Below, one piece after another: positions 1-11,525 of a DNA stretch of 35,559 nt (positions are counted from its first letter, which is position 1; each line of letters opens with the position of its first letter). A program made the translations under genes and the position numbers. This stretch comes from Octopus bimaculoides (lineage: Eukaryota). The stretch lies in the NCBI RefSeq assembly GCF_001194135.2, contig NC_068985.1, positions 12,017,392 through 12,052,950 of the forward strand. Direction: 5' to 3'. The notes beneath the pieces are model-generated. The model ran no database searches. It saw only the letters and a program-made list of their open reading frames with translations, and was not told where the DNA came from.

Positions 1-647
1 ATATATATATATATATATGCATGTATTTATGTACATCGTAATTATGTGCACGTATATATATATATATGTGCGTGTGTGTGTGTGTGTGTATTTATATATA
101 TATACATATACATAGATATATACATAGGTACATATATACGTGGGCTGTGTGGGTAACGTTCCATACGTACAAAACAATATGATATATAAGTATATATGTA
201 TGAATGTATGTATGTATACACTCATATTCATAAATATTTGAGCTCAGGATACGTGTAGTTATGTCGGTGTGTGATTCTATATATATAAATATATGAATGT
301 GTATACGTGAATGGGTGTGGGTGTGTGTGTATGCGTGTGCGTACATACAATATCGCACACTCACATAATTACAAATAGACACACCTACATATATCCATAT
401 ATTCATGCTCGCACAGAATGTCATACAAAATATTAAAGAGAAATATATAAAGTGGCCTTGTTTGTTTAGCTGCTAAATTCTACAGCGCGGTCAGCAGCGT
501 ATACGTACATGTGTTCGCACACACGTGAATACATACATATAAACACGATCATATATGCATATACTAAAGACATTTTACTTACATATCTGTAGGTATATAT
601 ATATTTGTGTGCATGTGTATACGTGATATATACCTATACATATATAA

Positions 648-698
<51 letters not shown>

Positions 699-720
699 CA
701 CATGCATCCATATGTGTATA
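1..720. repeat. Mosaic (TA)n/(TG)n/(CA)n microsatellite field
   Basis: Interleaved TA, TG, CA and TATG runs; pure (TA)n at about 649-695. ORF 92-424 is its translation. Confidence 0.95.
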
Positions 721-790
721 TTTACTTGTTTTCGTCATTGTACTGCGGCCGTTCTATGACATCGCCCACATGGCCTATTTGTAGGCCTGG
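720..790 (-). mobile_element. Degraded 3' tail remnant of SINE family B
   Basis: ttgttttcgtcattgtactgcggccgttct resembles ttgtttcagtcatttgactgcggccatgct at 13939. Confidence 0.35.
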
Positions 791-1149
791 TACTTAGTGT
801 TTCGGAGTCTTTCCCAAATTGTTAGGTTACCGGAGCACAAGGATAACTCATTGGCTATCAAACAAACGCACAGAAGTTCACACACACACACACACGCACA
901 CACACACACACACACGTATATATACTATACAAACACAAATTCATATGTGACATGCTCCTCTACAGAACCATCTTTCTTGCTCTCTTATGCGCAAATGAGA
1001 TGTAGTCTTCCACGGAAAAGGATAGAATATTCATTTCCGGCTACTCAAAGTGCAGTGTCATTGCTAGACCACGTTCTAGTTTAGATAATTCAAAAACAGA
1101 GATGAGTAACCGATGTGATTGCTGAGTACTAAAAACACAAGCTTCGGTT

Positions 1150-2650
1150 GACTGATCTTGTCGCAAGGCTCACAGGCATCAGGTGGAGTCGTGCAGCTGA
1201 GGAATCGTATCCAACACATCGATAAATGCCACTTCGAAGATCTCCACGAGAAAGGGAAGCCGATTTAGTTAAGTAATTTGGTTCAAGATGGAAAAAAATG
1301 GCGCAATCCAGAGAGAATTGGAAGCGCATTTAAAATTGGAACAGGCAGTGTATGCGATTACCTCATGTTTCCCGCCCATAAAGGGTTTAGGTTTATGGTG
1401 TATCGTCAGATCCCAAAAACCTATTGGACCCTAACGTTTTCAGTATATCTTTTGAAGAGGTCATGGACCAAAAGATTTTCGACATATGATGATACGCCAG
1501 AAACCTAAATCTTTTATGGACAGGAAACATAACTTAACCACATAAAGCGGCCTTTACCCATCTTTAATATATACTGCTTTTTCGTGCGCTACCAGTAGGA
1601 CGCGTGACGGCTGGCTTGGCCTCAAGAATCAGTGTTATATATTGTGGCCTTTTAATCCCATGTGCGTGATAAAAGAGATATGATACTTCAACGCGGAAAA
1701 GTACCGGTGCGGTCTAAAGACATTCCCTGATCTCTGACCTGCACAGCCTGTTGAGAAACATTAATCCAGAGTTTGTTCAGAGGAAACTGTATTCACGAGC
1801 GCACACTTTCGATTAGAGAACATTCTTGGGTGTGAACAGGAGACGTACAATAGCCGAATGGAAGATAGTGAGTTTATCTTTTCTACCAACCTCTCCTCTA
1901 TTCAGGATCGAATGCTGAAGACGGTGCATTAGTGTGCGAGCAATTCTAGCATCTTATTTAGCTTCCTGACTGCCATCGCTCCCGAGATATTTCTCGACTG
2001 GTCCCAGAGATGTTCAAATAACATGCACAATTCACTGGGGTGGCATTCGTGAGAGAACCAATATTTCAGACTTAGCAACACTAATTTTCACCCCTGCCCT
2101 GTAATACTCGGTAGCAAATCCACTAAGAGCATACTAGACATCACATTCTGATGAGCGAAGTAGTACCATGTCTACTGCACATATCAGCTGCACGATACTA
2201 CACTCATTCATTATAGTAACAATTCCAAAACGGCTGCATATGACAATCTAGTTTATTAAAAACTAGAAGGCGATTATATTCATCCATGCCGAAGTGCGAC
2301 AGCCACGTCGGACTTCTGGGCATTTGTAAGGGCAATTGTGAAGAGACTTCACAACCACCAGCATCTGACCATTAATCTTAAACTCCTGCAAAATTCCCCA
2401 ATGAATATCATAGCCTTTTCCAGATTTACAAAAGCAAGCGCACGCTTCCTGGAAATATGTCCCCGATTTCCCTAAGACATTTCTTAGAGTAAACATCCGG
2501 TCGATTTTGCTGCGAGCATCACGGAAGTCATACTGTTCCTTAGAAAGCTTTATAGGACAAGTTTTCTACAACTCTTTTGAAAACCCGATCCCAAACTTTA
2601 TCGATTAGGCTCAACAAGGATATTCCTCTATAACTAGAGTGTTTATTTTA
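1150..2650 (-). mobile_element. 5'-truncated, decayed RTE-clade LINE (RT to C-terminus)
   Basis: Minus-strand frames give SYRGISLLSLIDKV...KEQYDFRDARSKIDRMFTLRNVL (NYRGISLL / EQxGFR / DQxFTLR motifs), ICAVDMVLL (LFADDLVLL), VEKYLGSDG and RPTG. Many stops and frameshifts. Clade is from motif recognition. Confidence 0.85.
1365..1530. repeat. Foldback / MITE-like long inverted repeat
   Basis: Arm 1365-1442 matches the reverse complement of 1453-1530 at 60/78 positions without gaps; 10-nt loop. Confidence 0.85.
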
Positions 2651-3259
2651 TATTCTTAGCTACAAATATATTTATGAACCATTATAAATGATAGCATTTT
2701 ATCACCACAAGCGTATCCAACATCAAGTCTAAACTAAAGAGAATTAGTCATATACCTAATTCAGAGGTTTACTACTTCTCCTCTCTACAGTCTTTTTTTT
2801 CACCGTCTGTTTATATCTCAATCTGATATTCAATTCTGGTAATGACTGGGAAAACAAATATTCGCTGATAAACGCTAACAAGACTGAAACGTGTTGGTGT
2901 TAACATGATGCCAATTATAAAGAAAGGTCTTCTTCTACTTATCTTTCATGAAATAATTTAATTATGTTAAAGTCTCTACATTACTGTATTACTTTTAGGT
3001 AATTAATTTGATGTTCTTAGTACATTATGTATAACAATACGTTGCTTTTGTGCAAGAAACGTTATTAATACTTACTTTAATCTCACAATGAGTTCGAAAT
3101 TATTTTTTAAAAATACGTTTGAAGATAGATTGCATCAAATATAAAATCAGATTTGTTTTAATGATGCCTGTGCCATTATCGGTCCAAAATTGAGTAGACA
3201 TGTTGGAAAGCAATTTCCGCCATGATTACTTCGTATCTATGCAACGCCAATATTAAACC

Positions 3260-3385
3260 ACTGTTCAAATGACTTCAAATTTCACCTTGATCAACTTTGC
3301 TTTTCATTTATTTGGGGTCGATAAAATAAGTACAAAATAAACACGGGAATTGAAATAATCAATTAACCCCCTTTCCCCAATTTCT
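3260..3385 (+). mobile_element. Degraded SINE family A copy
   Basis: ttcaaatt...actttgcttttcatt...ggggtcgataaaataagtac central motif. Confidence 0.55.
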
Positions 3386-4217
3386 ATACATTCTGCCTTA
3401 TACTAGAAAGGGAAATAACTATAAAAGCAGCATATATTTGACTGTTTAATAAGCGTGTGACGTTTCTAGGGCGACCTGCCTGGTATTTACGACAGATCTA
3501 TTGTTGTATTTAGGCCATCACAACTGTCTCTGTCATTTTATATCTTATTCCATTCTAGTGTATATTCAATACAATCAGTGAGAGACATGTGAAATAACAT
3601 ACTTATCATACATGAATAGAAAATAATGAATACATACATATTATATTTAACATGCACGAACAATTTATGTCCAATCCATTAAATATATACATATATAATC
3701 AATTTCGTATGTTATCGATATGTGTTTTATCGATCCCCGAGGAATGTAATTCGAAGTTGATTACGACGTAATGTGTAAGCAGAACCTACATGAAAGAAAC
3801 AAATATAATCTTTACAAGACATTTATCTAGTCGTATAATGTTTCTGCCACTAAATTGAAAATATTTTAGATTAGCAAACGGCCATTGCTTTCGAATGTGA
3901 TAGAGAAGCAGTTAAATCGTCCACTGTACTTTAAAGATATACTGAACAAACCGGGTGTTTTCACACCTTTTGCCATAAGAGATGTATTTTTGGCCACGGA
4001 AACTGCAGTGTATTTGCCTTTTAGCTGTTGAAATATTTCACAAACATATTTTAACTAACCGGAATTTTGGTTATGCTTAAACACTGCTTAAAACTAACAT
4101 TACATTATGTGTGTGCGTATGTGTGCGTTTGTGTTTATGTGGGTGTGTGTATACGTGTGTGTATAGTGTTTTAGCTGGTGCGCAGACACACATATATATT
4201 TGCAAGTGTAGGCATAC

Positions 4218-4230
4218 GTATGTATGTATG

Positions 4231-4261
<31 letters not shown>

Positions 4262-4283
4262 GTATGTATGTATGTATGTATGC
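4218..4283. repeat. (TATG)n tetranucleotide microsatellite
   Basis: About 16 units seen directly. Confidence 0.95.
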
Positions 4284-4658
4284 ATTTGTCTACGAAAATA
4301 TAATATCGAATGAAGAGGAATGAAACGGATAAATATCAGAGCAGATGCCCACAAGGGTTTGAGATCGAAACGTAAAGGGAGATAATGAAATTCAACGCTG
4401 TCAGTTCCGGTCTGTCAAATCTATTCTCTTTCGTAGAATAATAGAAGTTTTGATGATGGTGATGGTGATGATTCAAAACAATATCCATTTACAGCATAAG
4501 CTCAATGTTAAAAAAAAAGAAAACAAAATAGGGCATGGATGAGTGATTACAGTCAGGATATTTATCGGTAGAAAAATATGGTATGAATGTTGAATGCACC
4601 GAGGATACAAGAATATAGAAGTTAAATGACAATCACTATATATTCTCCCAGATTCTGT

Positions 4659-4691
4659 CAATAATAATAACAACAACAACAACAACAATAC

Positions 4692-4750
<59 letters not shown>
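4659..4750. repeat. (AAT)n/(AAC)n trinucleotide microsatellite
   Basis: Seen directly; abuts the 3' end of a minus-strand SINE. Confidence 0.95.
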
Positions 4751-4751
<1 letters not shown>

Positions 4752-5118
4752 TCCTTTCTACTATAAGCACAGAGCCTGAAGTTTCGGGGAGGAGGATAGT
4801 CGATTACATCGACCCCAGTACTCATGTAGCTCTTTATTTATCCACCCTGAAATGATGAACGGTAAAGTCGACCTGAACGGAATTTGAACTCAGATGTTAA
4901 GACGGACGAAATGCTGCTAAGTATATTGACCGGCGTGCTAACGATTCTGATTTCTTTATTGCCCACAAGGGGCTACACATAGAGGGGAGAAACAAGGTCA
5001 GACAAAGAGATTAAGTCGATTACATCGACCCCAGTGCGTAACTGGTACTTAATTAATCGACCCTGAAAGGATGCAAGGCAAAGTCGACCTCGGCGAAATT
5101 TGAACTCAGACCGCCGCC
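4751..5118 (-). mobile_element. Dimeric SINE family A (tail-1 monomer + tail-2 monomer)
   Basis: Two successive tgagttcaaatt...gtcga...ggggtcgatgtaatcgact units. Junction gcaataaagaaatca|gaatcgttagc near 4947. The first monomer has about 60 nt deleted from its head. Confidence 0.85.
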
Positions 5119-5874
5119 TTAATAAATGGATTGTAATTATATACGCAAAAATGCTTTCGGAGCAAGAAAGTATCTGTTTTAGTCTCTCTCTTCTATAACA
5201 TAAGCTTTTTCACGGCAGTCACCTGTGAAGAGAAAATTGTCTATTACAAAGGGACAATTTGATGAGCTTCTCCATGGACTCGGCCAATAACTTGGTCTGT
5301 CATAGAAGAACCTTCAATTGTTCGCCATCATTTCACAAATTTCCAAAGTTCAAAAATTCAAGCAGTATATCGTTCGGTATCCTTTAGAGCGAAGGTAGAA
5401 GGTTTGTGAATAACTTCTAGATATCCTCCGTATCTTTTAATTATTGACTTATAAAATATCATCCATCTCAGTAGGCCAGTAAGTAGATTTATTACGCTTT
5501 GTCCAGTATCCCTGTGAGATTAAAGAGATGGTAGGACTATAAGGAATTAAAACAGTTGCTCTTTCTGGCAAATCCGTTGCACTTGTATAAGATCATTCAT
5601 TGGGGTCATTTGAGAAAAATTCAACCTCGTTGAATGTGATTCATGATAATGCTAAAGGTATTAGTCCTGTCAAATGAGAGAAATTAAAAACATATCAAAG
5701 ATGTAATTATTAGTTGAGATTTTCGTTTTATCCGTTATGTAAGTACATGTGTTTCAAAAGGAAATGAAAAATAGGGAAATTATGAAGAACTCAATTAACA
5801 ACTGATTATTAACACAAATCTCTTTGATATATGTATACTATTCGTTTGAAAAAGAATTAATTACAATACACGTC

Positions 5875-5957
5875 TTATGTATGTATGTATGCATTATGTA
5901 TTTATGTAGGTGTGTGGGTATATGTAGGTGTATATTATGTGTATGTATGTGTATGTA

Positions 5958-6005
<48 letters not shown>

Positions 6006-6230
6006 ATGCATGTACATTTACCTTATAACATTGCAAACGGCTGCCTATATTAATCATATATATGTGTGTGTGAGTGTGTATTATAATTTTTCCTTTTTGA
6101 TAAAACATTGCATGTACTCGGCCGTCTATATTTATTATATATATACATATATACACACATGTACATACGTCTGTATATAAATAATATATACAAGTGTGTG
6201 TATGTGTGTTTCTTTATATATATATGTATA
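5875..6230. repeat. TA/TG-rich microsatellite mosaic
   Basis: (TA)n at about 5960-5998 with degenerate flanks. Confidence 0.9.
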
Positions 6231-7540
6231 TACATGAACAGAGTCATAGACATGTATTCAGCTGTGTAAAATTTCGGATGATAAACGTACGAACTAATAA
6301 TACGAAAGCCTCCTATACTAGCCGCAGGAGTGCAAATCACAAAATAGAATATGAATTGAAGTCTATTGGGAGTGTGTATATACAATAAACGGAGAAGGGT
6401 CAAACTGGTAAGACATAACAAAAGAAAAAAGGGAATTAGAATAAATAAATGTACAAGATAAAGACACACAAAAAGAGCTACGTAAGTAGGTGTGTGGTTG
6501 TGTTTGTGCTTGTGCATAATGTGTGTGTGTGTGTGTTTTGCTTACATCAACGGTTTGGCGCGTAAACTGTCAGTCCATGTACAAACCATGCCAACATGTG
6601 AAATGTAGTGAGAATGACGTTGGTTTTGATAACCCATTAGAGATAATTAAGCTTGTATCAAATGACTGACCTTGACTGAAAATTAACCATGACTTAACAA
6701 TAGTTCCTTTCATGTTCGACCGGCTCCAGATTTCGTTGACACTTGCATGACAATTACGAAAATTCTATGAATTTAACAAACACATTACCAGACTCAAGTC
6801 GACACAAAATGCCTCTATTTTATCTTGTTCTTCTTGTACATCTTCATTGTATTCTTATTTATACGTGATTTTTATTATTTTTTTTTTCTTTTCATTCCTT
6901 TCGTTACGCACATACAAACATTTGTGTGGGTAAGTATGCATGCTATCCGCGAATTATCGTTGAATGACGCACACAATTACATACTAACACAAACACAATC
7001 ACGAGCGCCCATCCACCCTGATACACTCACGCACGCGCGCACACACAGACGTGCATGCCCTCACGCGCACACCTAAATCCTCGAAACAAGGACGCAACCA
7101 CACAGACTCTCTTTGCAGAGAGCCCCCCCCCAAAAAAAAACACACAAAAACACATACATATAAAAATAATACAAACAACCTTAATCGCTGTGCGTGATAT
7201 TGTGAGTGTTTGGGAGGGAAATAAATTGATTAATATCTGCGAATATTTATACACATACATACACACACATATGTAAACATACACACACATATGTAAACAT
7301 AAACACACACATATAATATACAGGCATACCCCACCGTACGTCATTAATTGGTTCCAGGAGACACGACTTAAGTCGAAAGACAAGTTAGGTCGAATTAACT
7401 TGTCTCTAGGCTAGGCTAGGCCGAATTTACTTCTCTCAAGGCTAAACCTATAATAACCATTCCCAGTGCTGTACTTTATTTGTGAATGCAGTTTCAATAA
7501 TACATGGTTAATAAAAACATATTTTAAGCTTACAAACAAA

Positions 7541-7648
7541 TAGGTGCAGGAGTGTGTGTGTGGTAAGTAGCTTGCTTACCAACGATATGGGCCGGCCAAA
7601 GCCTTGTGGGTGGATTTGGTAGACGGAAAATGAAAGAAGCCCGTCGTA

Positions 7649-7725
<77 letters not shown>

Positions 7726-7932
7726 AGGGGGGGGGTGTTTGTGTGTGTATGTGGTTGTCTTGACAACCGATGCTGGTGTGTTTACGTCCTCGTAACTTAG
7801 CGGTTCGGAAAAATATACCGATATAATAAGTACTAGGCTTACAAAGAATAATTCCTGGGGTCGATTTCCCCGACTAAAGGCGGTGCTCCAGCATGACCGC
7901 AGTCAAATGACTGAAACAAGTAAAAGAGTAAA
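7541..7932 (+). mobile_element. SINE family B (CORE-type, OR2-like) with internal (TA)n, inserted in Tigger
   Basis: Head tgtggtaagtagcttgcttaccaac; gatttggtagacggaaa..gaaagaagcccgtcg; tail ggcggtgctccagcat...gactgaaacaagtaaaag. The B-box/CORE part is deleted relative to the copy at 13918. Confidence 0.9.
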
Positions 7933-8229
7933 TAATTTTTATGTTTTAATACAGTACAGAAAAAAATCAAAATTTACGAATACAATATGACGGTGTTTAC
8001 CGTACATTGCGGATGCTTTAATTATTAATGCACCTTGAAATAAGATATGGTAAAATAGAAACCTTTTTTAAGCTTAAAAACAAAATTCAGTAATTTTTAT
8101 TATTTTGCAATAATAAAAAGCACAAAATTATTTCCAGTTTATCAATACGTACATACAATTTGGTGGTTTGCATCGCGGATGTAGATGGCTGTGGATCGTC
8201 AGCATAAACAGCTGGCTCTGGCTGTTCTT

Positions 8230-9374
8230 CTTCTTCGATGTGCTTAAAAACCGGTTGAGAGTTCCTTGAATTGTCTTCGTTTCCTCAAAGATTACCTTAT
8301 AAGGAGCAAAAGCTTCGTGTCAAGTCCCCATAATCTTGCAAAAGTGTTGAGTATTTCGATCCATATCTTCGAATATAGCAAAAACCTTTTTCGTTATATG
8401 CAAATGCTTGCTGCATTTTCTTAATGGTAAAGTGGCGTGGCTCAGGTTCGATTTCCTCTTCTTTATGTTGCTGCTCGTGAAGGTCTATCAAATCCTCGTT
8501 GGTCTGGAGTGCTTGTCTTTTTCAAATAAATCTGTGAAATCCTCCTCCTCCAAATTCATTTCCAGTTCTTTGCTCGTAGTCAGCAAAGTTTTGTTGATGG
8601 CAATATTATCAAAGCCCTTAAAACCATTCACAAATTGCGGGAATAGCTTCTTCCATGCACCATTCATAGCTGTGCTCCATACATCATTCCATGTCGCTGC
8701 TATGTTATGTAAAGCCTTGTAGATATCTTATGTCTTCTAAAACTCGCGAAGTGTGATGGACTCAAGATCAATTACAGCTATTGCCTGCCGCAGCGTATGC
8801 TTCATATAGTACCGCTTGAAGATAGCGATTATTTCCTAATCCATTGGCTGCAGAAGAGACGTGGTGTCCGGAGGGAGTTATATAACGGTAACGTTGGGGT
8901 CAAAATCTACGGAATCCCCTTCTCCTTACAGTACTCTGCTGCTGGTATAACCCATGCTTAGGGATTAGCCATCCATATAATAGGGAGAGATGCCTTGGGT
9001 ATGTTCTTCAGGCCACGTGAGTTATGTGCATGATATACAAGCAAGGCTTTAACTCAAAATCTCCTGCAAAATCACCCCGCCCCGCCAACATTATGGTCAT
9101 ACGTTCTTTTGAAACCTTTAGCCTGGAATAGTTTTCTCCTCCTTGGAAATGAATGAACACCCTGAGAATTTCCCCAATACAATCCACCTTCCTCTACGTT
9201 AAAAATCTTTTCCGGATGAAACCCGTTTTCTTCGATGGTTTTGTTTAATGTCTTAGGAATTTCTGCTGCTGCTTGTTCATCAGCTGATGCACTTTCACCT
9301 TGCTTCATAATGAAGTGATAACTTCTTCGTTCCTTAAATCTCATGAACCATCCTTGATTTGCCTTGAACACCAT
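8230..9374 (-). pseudogene. Decayed Tigger-type transposase (end of CENP-B HTH + DDE_1 domain)
   Basis: FKANQGWFMRFKERR...GESASADEQAA...IFNVEEGGLYW, LLVYHAHNSRGLKN, WMANP*AWV, LPPDTTSLLQPMD*EII, WKKLFPQFV. First catalytic D is E, the DNAPxH segment is deleted, and there are stops and frameshifts. Confidence 0.9.
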
Positions 9375-9513
9375 TTCTGTCTAGCAAACGTGACCCACTT
9401 CGCACCGTGCATCCGTCACAATGGCTGCAATATACGACCGCCTCCGATCGGAAAAGAAGCGGTCCGTTTCGCCCCTTCCGAGTTCGAGAGTACATCGAGG
9501 CCATCAACGTCTC

Positions 9514-9836
9514 AGATGGGTTGAGGACAATAATATGCAATTTAATACTGGAAACTTCCAAGCCCTACACTACCAGCACCCAATATTGAATGAAAAACAT
9601 ACAGGGCACACTGGCCCAGTGTGGATTACTATCCTAGAACCTGCATCAATGTATGACCGGGGTATCGATATGAGTGAGGATACCTTCTCGTAGTACACAT
9701 TATCAAGATGGTGACAAAATGTAGACGGCTGGCTGGCTGGATCCTGAAAACCTTCAGAACCGGTGAGAAGGAAACCATGAGAAGGAGGACCTTCCTCCTC
9801 AGCCGCCTGGACTACTGCTCCCAACTCTGGTCACCA
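9514..9836 (+). mobile_element. CR1/L2-like LINE fragment (C-terminal RT region)
   Basis: RWVEDNNMQFN..FQALHY, DRGIDMS, KCRRLAGWILKTF, FLLSRLDYCSQLWSP. Confidence 0.8.
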
Positions 9837-9915
9837 TAAAATTTGAACTCAGAGCGTAATGGCAGACGAAATATCAGTAAGCATTCTCTGTCGTCTGCTA
9901 ACGAGGTTGCTCACC
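9837..9915 (-). mobile_element. SINE family A head only
   Basis: aaatttgaactcagagcgtaatggcagacgaaat...aagcatt...gctaacg. Confidence 0.7.
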
Positions 9916-10203
9916 GTCTTATGTGTGAACGATAATACGCACATAAATGAATTATTATAAGACAAGATTATGTAAAAACGAATTCAATGAACATGATGTC
10001 ACTTATAATTCACATTAACATCGTTTTCCATCCCATTCCACCTGCCTGTCGCGAACAGTTAAAATTACACTAACATTAACCATTCTGCTGCAGTTCTCGT
10101 TATGTATCATATCGACAACAGGTCCATATGTATTACATTTATACAACAACCTATGTACGTATCGGATTATTCATATTAAACACTCATTTATTCCAGATAA
10201 TAT

Positions 10204-10420
10204 AATCCTTTCTACAAAAGGCACAAGGTCTGAAATTTCGGGGACGTTGGTGTGGGGTAGACGATTCCATCGACGCTGGTACTTGACTAGTAATTCGATC
10301 CACAAAAAGATGAAATGTAGAGTCGTCCTCAGCGAAATTTGAACTTAGATCGTAAAGACAGCCGCAATACTGCTAAGCCTTTCTTTCGGCGTGCTAACAT
10401 TTCTGCTAGCTCCCCGACTT
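10204..10420 (-). mobile_element. SINE family A (tail 2), diverged
   Basis: Full head-to-tail match to the copy at 31785-31995. Confidence 0.8.
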
Positions 10421-10427
10421 AAATAAC

Positions 10428-10640
10428 CTTTTCTACTCTAGGTAACAGGCCCGAAATTTGGGGGAGGGACCAGTCAATTAGATCGAACCAGTGCGTAACT
10501 GGTACTTAATTTATCGACCCCGAAAAAATGAAAGGCAAAGTCGACCTCGGCTAAATTTGAACTCAGAACATAAGAGAGCCGAAATACCGCTAAGCATTTC
10601 TCCCGGTGTGCTAACGTTTCTGCCAACAGTTCATCGCCTT
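10428..10640 (-). mobile_element. SINE family A (tail 2), less diverged, tandem to the previous copy
   Basis: ggtacttaatttatcgacccc...ggcaaagtcgacctcgg...tttgaactcagaac...gctaacgtttctgcc. Confidence 0.9.
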
Positions 10641-10771
10641 ACGTTCCGGACTAATTATTTTATTGATTTCAATACGTAACCGCGAATTTATCTGCCTTTA
10701 ATAAGTACAATAATGGATCCTTTTATTTTTCAATTATATATTATCGGTTTCTCTGTTTCTCTGTTTCTATT

Positions 10772-11026
10772 NNNNNNNNNNNNNNNNNNNNNNNNNNNNN
10801 NNNNNNNNNNNNNNNNNNNNNNNNNNNNNNNNNNNNNNNNNNNNNNNNNNNNNNNNNNNNNNNNNNNNNNNNNNNNNNNNNNNNNNNNNNNNNNNNNNNN
10901 NNNNNNNNNNNNNNNNNNNNNNNNNNNNNNNNNNNNNNNNNNNNNNNNNNNNNNNNNNNNNNNNNNNNNNNNNNNNNNNNNNNNNNNNNNNNNNNNNNNN
11001 NNNNNNNNNNNNNNNNNNNNNNNNNN
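10772..11026. other. Assembly gap
   Basis: Run of N. Confidence 0.99.
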
Positions 11027-11046
11027 TATATATATATATATATATA

Positions 11047-11250
11047 TCGCTAGAAATAATCATGAGTGGACGCTCTTCTTGTTTCATTCTGTGTTCCCTT
11101 CTGTTGAAGAGCGTAGGCTCGAAACGTTAAAGACTTTCTCTATTCCCGAGCGTTATACTAATACATCTATTTGTTGTTTACACCACTTGTCTTCATCTGT
11201 TGTTTACACCACTTGTCTTCATCTGTTGTCTTTTCGTGAATTCTCCTATA
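11047..11250 (+). mobile_element. Penelope-like-element-type terminal repeat with hammerhead-like motif
   Basis: Paralogous to 20600-20843 (gaagagcgtaggctc.aaacgttaaagact...caccacttgtcttc...). Includes a 26-bp tandem duplication at 11172-11228. The PLE link is inferred from the GAAACGT hammerhead-like motif. Confidence 0.6.
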
Positions 11251-11319
11251 TATACATATATATAATCATAAGTATGTAGATATATATGTGTCTGTGTATG
11301 TATATATTCATGTATTTGT

Positions 11320-11525
11320 GTCTGTCCCTCACAGTTGCTTGGCAACGGATGTTGGATTCTTGACCCCATCGTAACCATATGGTTTGCCAAAACAGTCTGA
11401 TAGAATAAATACGAGCCCGAAAAGAAAAATAAATACGTATTGTGTTCGATTTTTCCGACTAAAACACGTCAAGATTGTGCCCCAGCCTGGCTGCAAGCCA
11501 GCGAGTGAAACAGGCAAAAGCTAAA
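11320..11525 (+). mobile_element. Old SINE family B 3' half
   Basis: gatagaataaatac...ttcgatttttccgact...gtgccccagcctggctgca...gaaacaggcaaaag. Confidence 0.65.

Larger units (their letters stand above)
7321..9380 (-). mobile_element. Tigger/pogo DNA transposon, 5'-truncated, interrupted by a SINE
   Basis: TA|CAGGCATACCCC...GGTTCC...CGACTTAAGTCGAAA at 7319-7378 is a Tigger-type terminus, followed by a transposase remnant upstream on the minus strand. The opposite TIR was not found. Confidence 0.8.

Noticed and set aside
92-424. ORFs rich in HT/YI/CV/ER/SL dipeptides (also 4100-4354, 6050-6517, 7027-7383, 15699-15915, 18444-18758, 32385-32653)
   Set aside because: They are translations of dinucleotide microsatellites, which lack stops in most frames.
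3941-4024. RING-like peptide TGCFHTFCHKRCI on the plus strand
   Set aside because: The frame is only about 29 codons between stops, the Cys spacing is off, and the other zinc ligands are missing.
6546-6674. AG...GTAAGC-bounded segment on the minus strand
   Set aside because: All three frames contain a stop between acceptor and donor.
11172-11228. Short direct repeats as a possible CRISPR array (also 7261-7310, 22377-22454)
   Set aside because: Contiguous tandem duplications without unique spacers, in a eukaryotic context with no cas genes.
10713-11279. Long ORFs containing X runs (also 17889-18729 and 20748-21369)
   Set aside because: They are open only because they cross assembly gaps.
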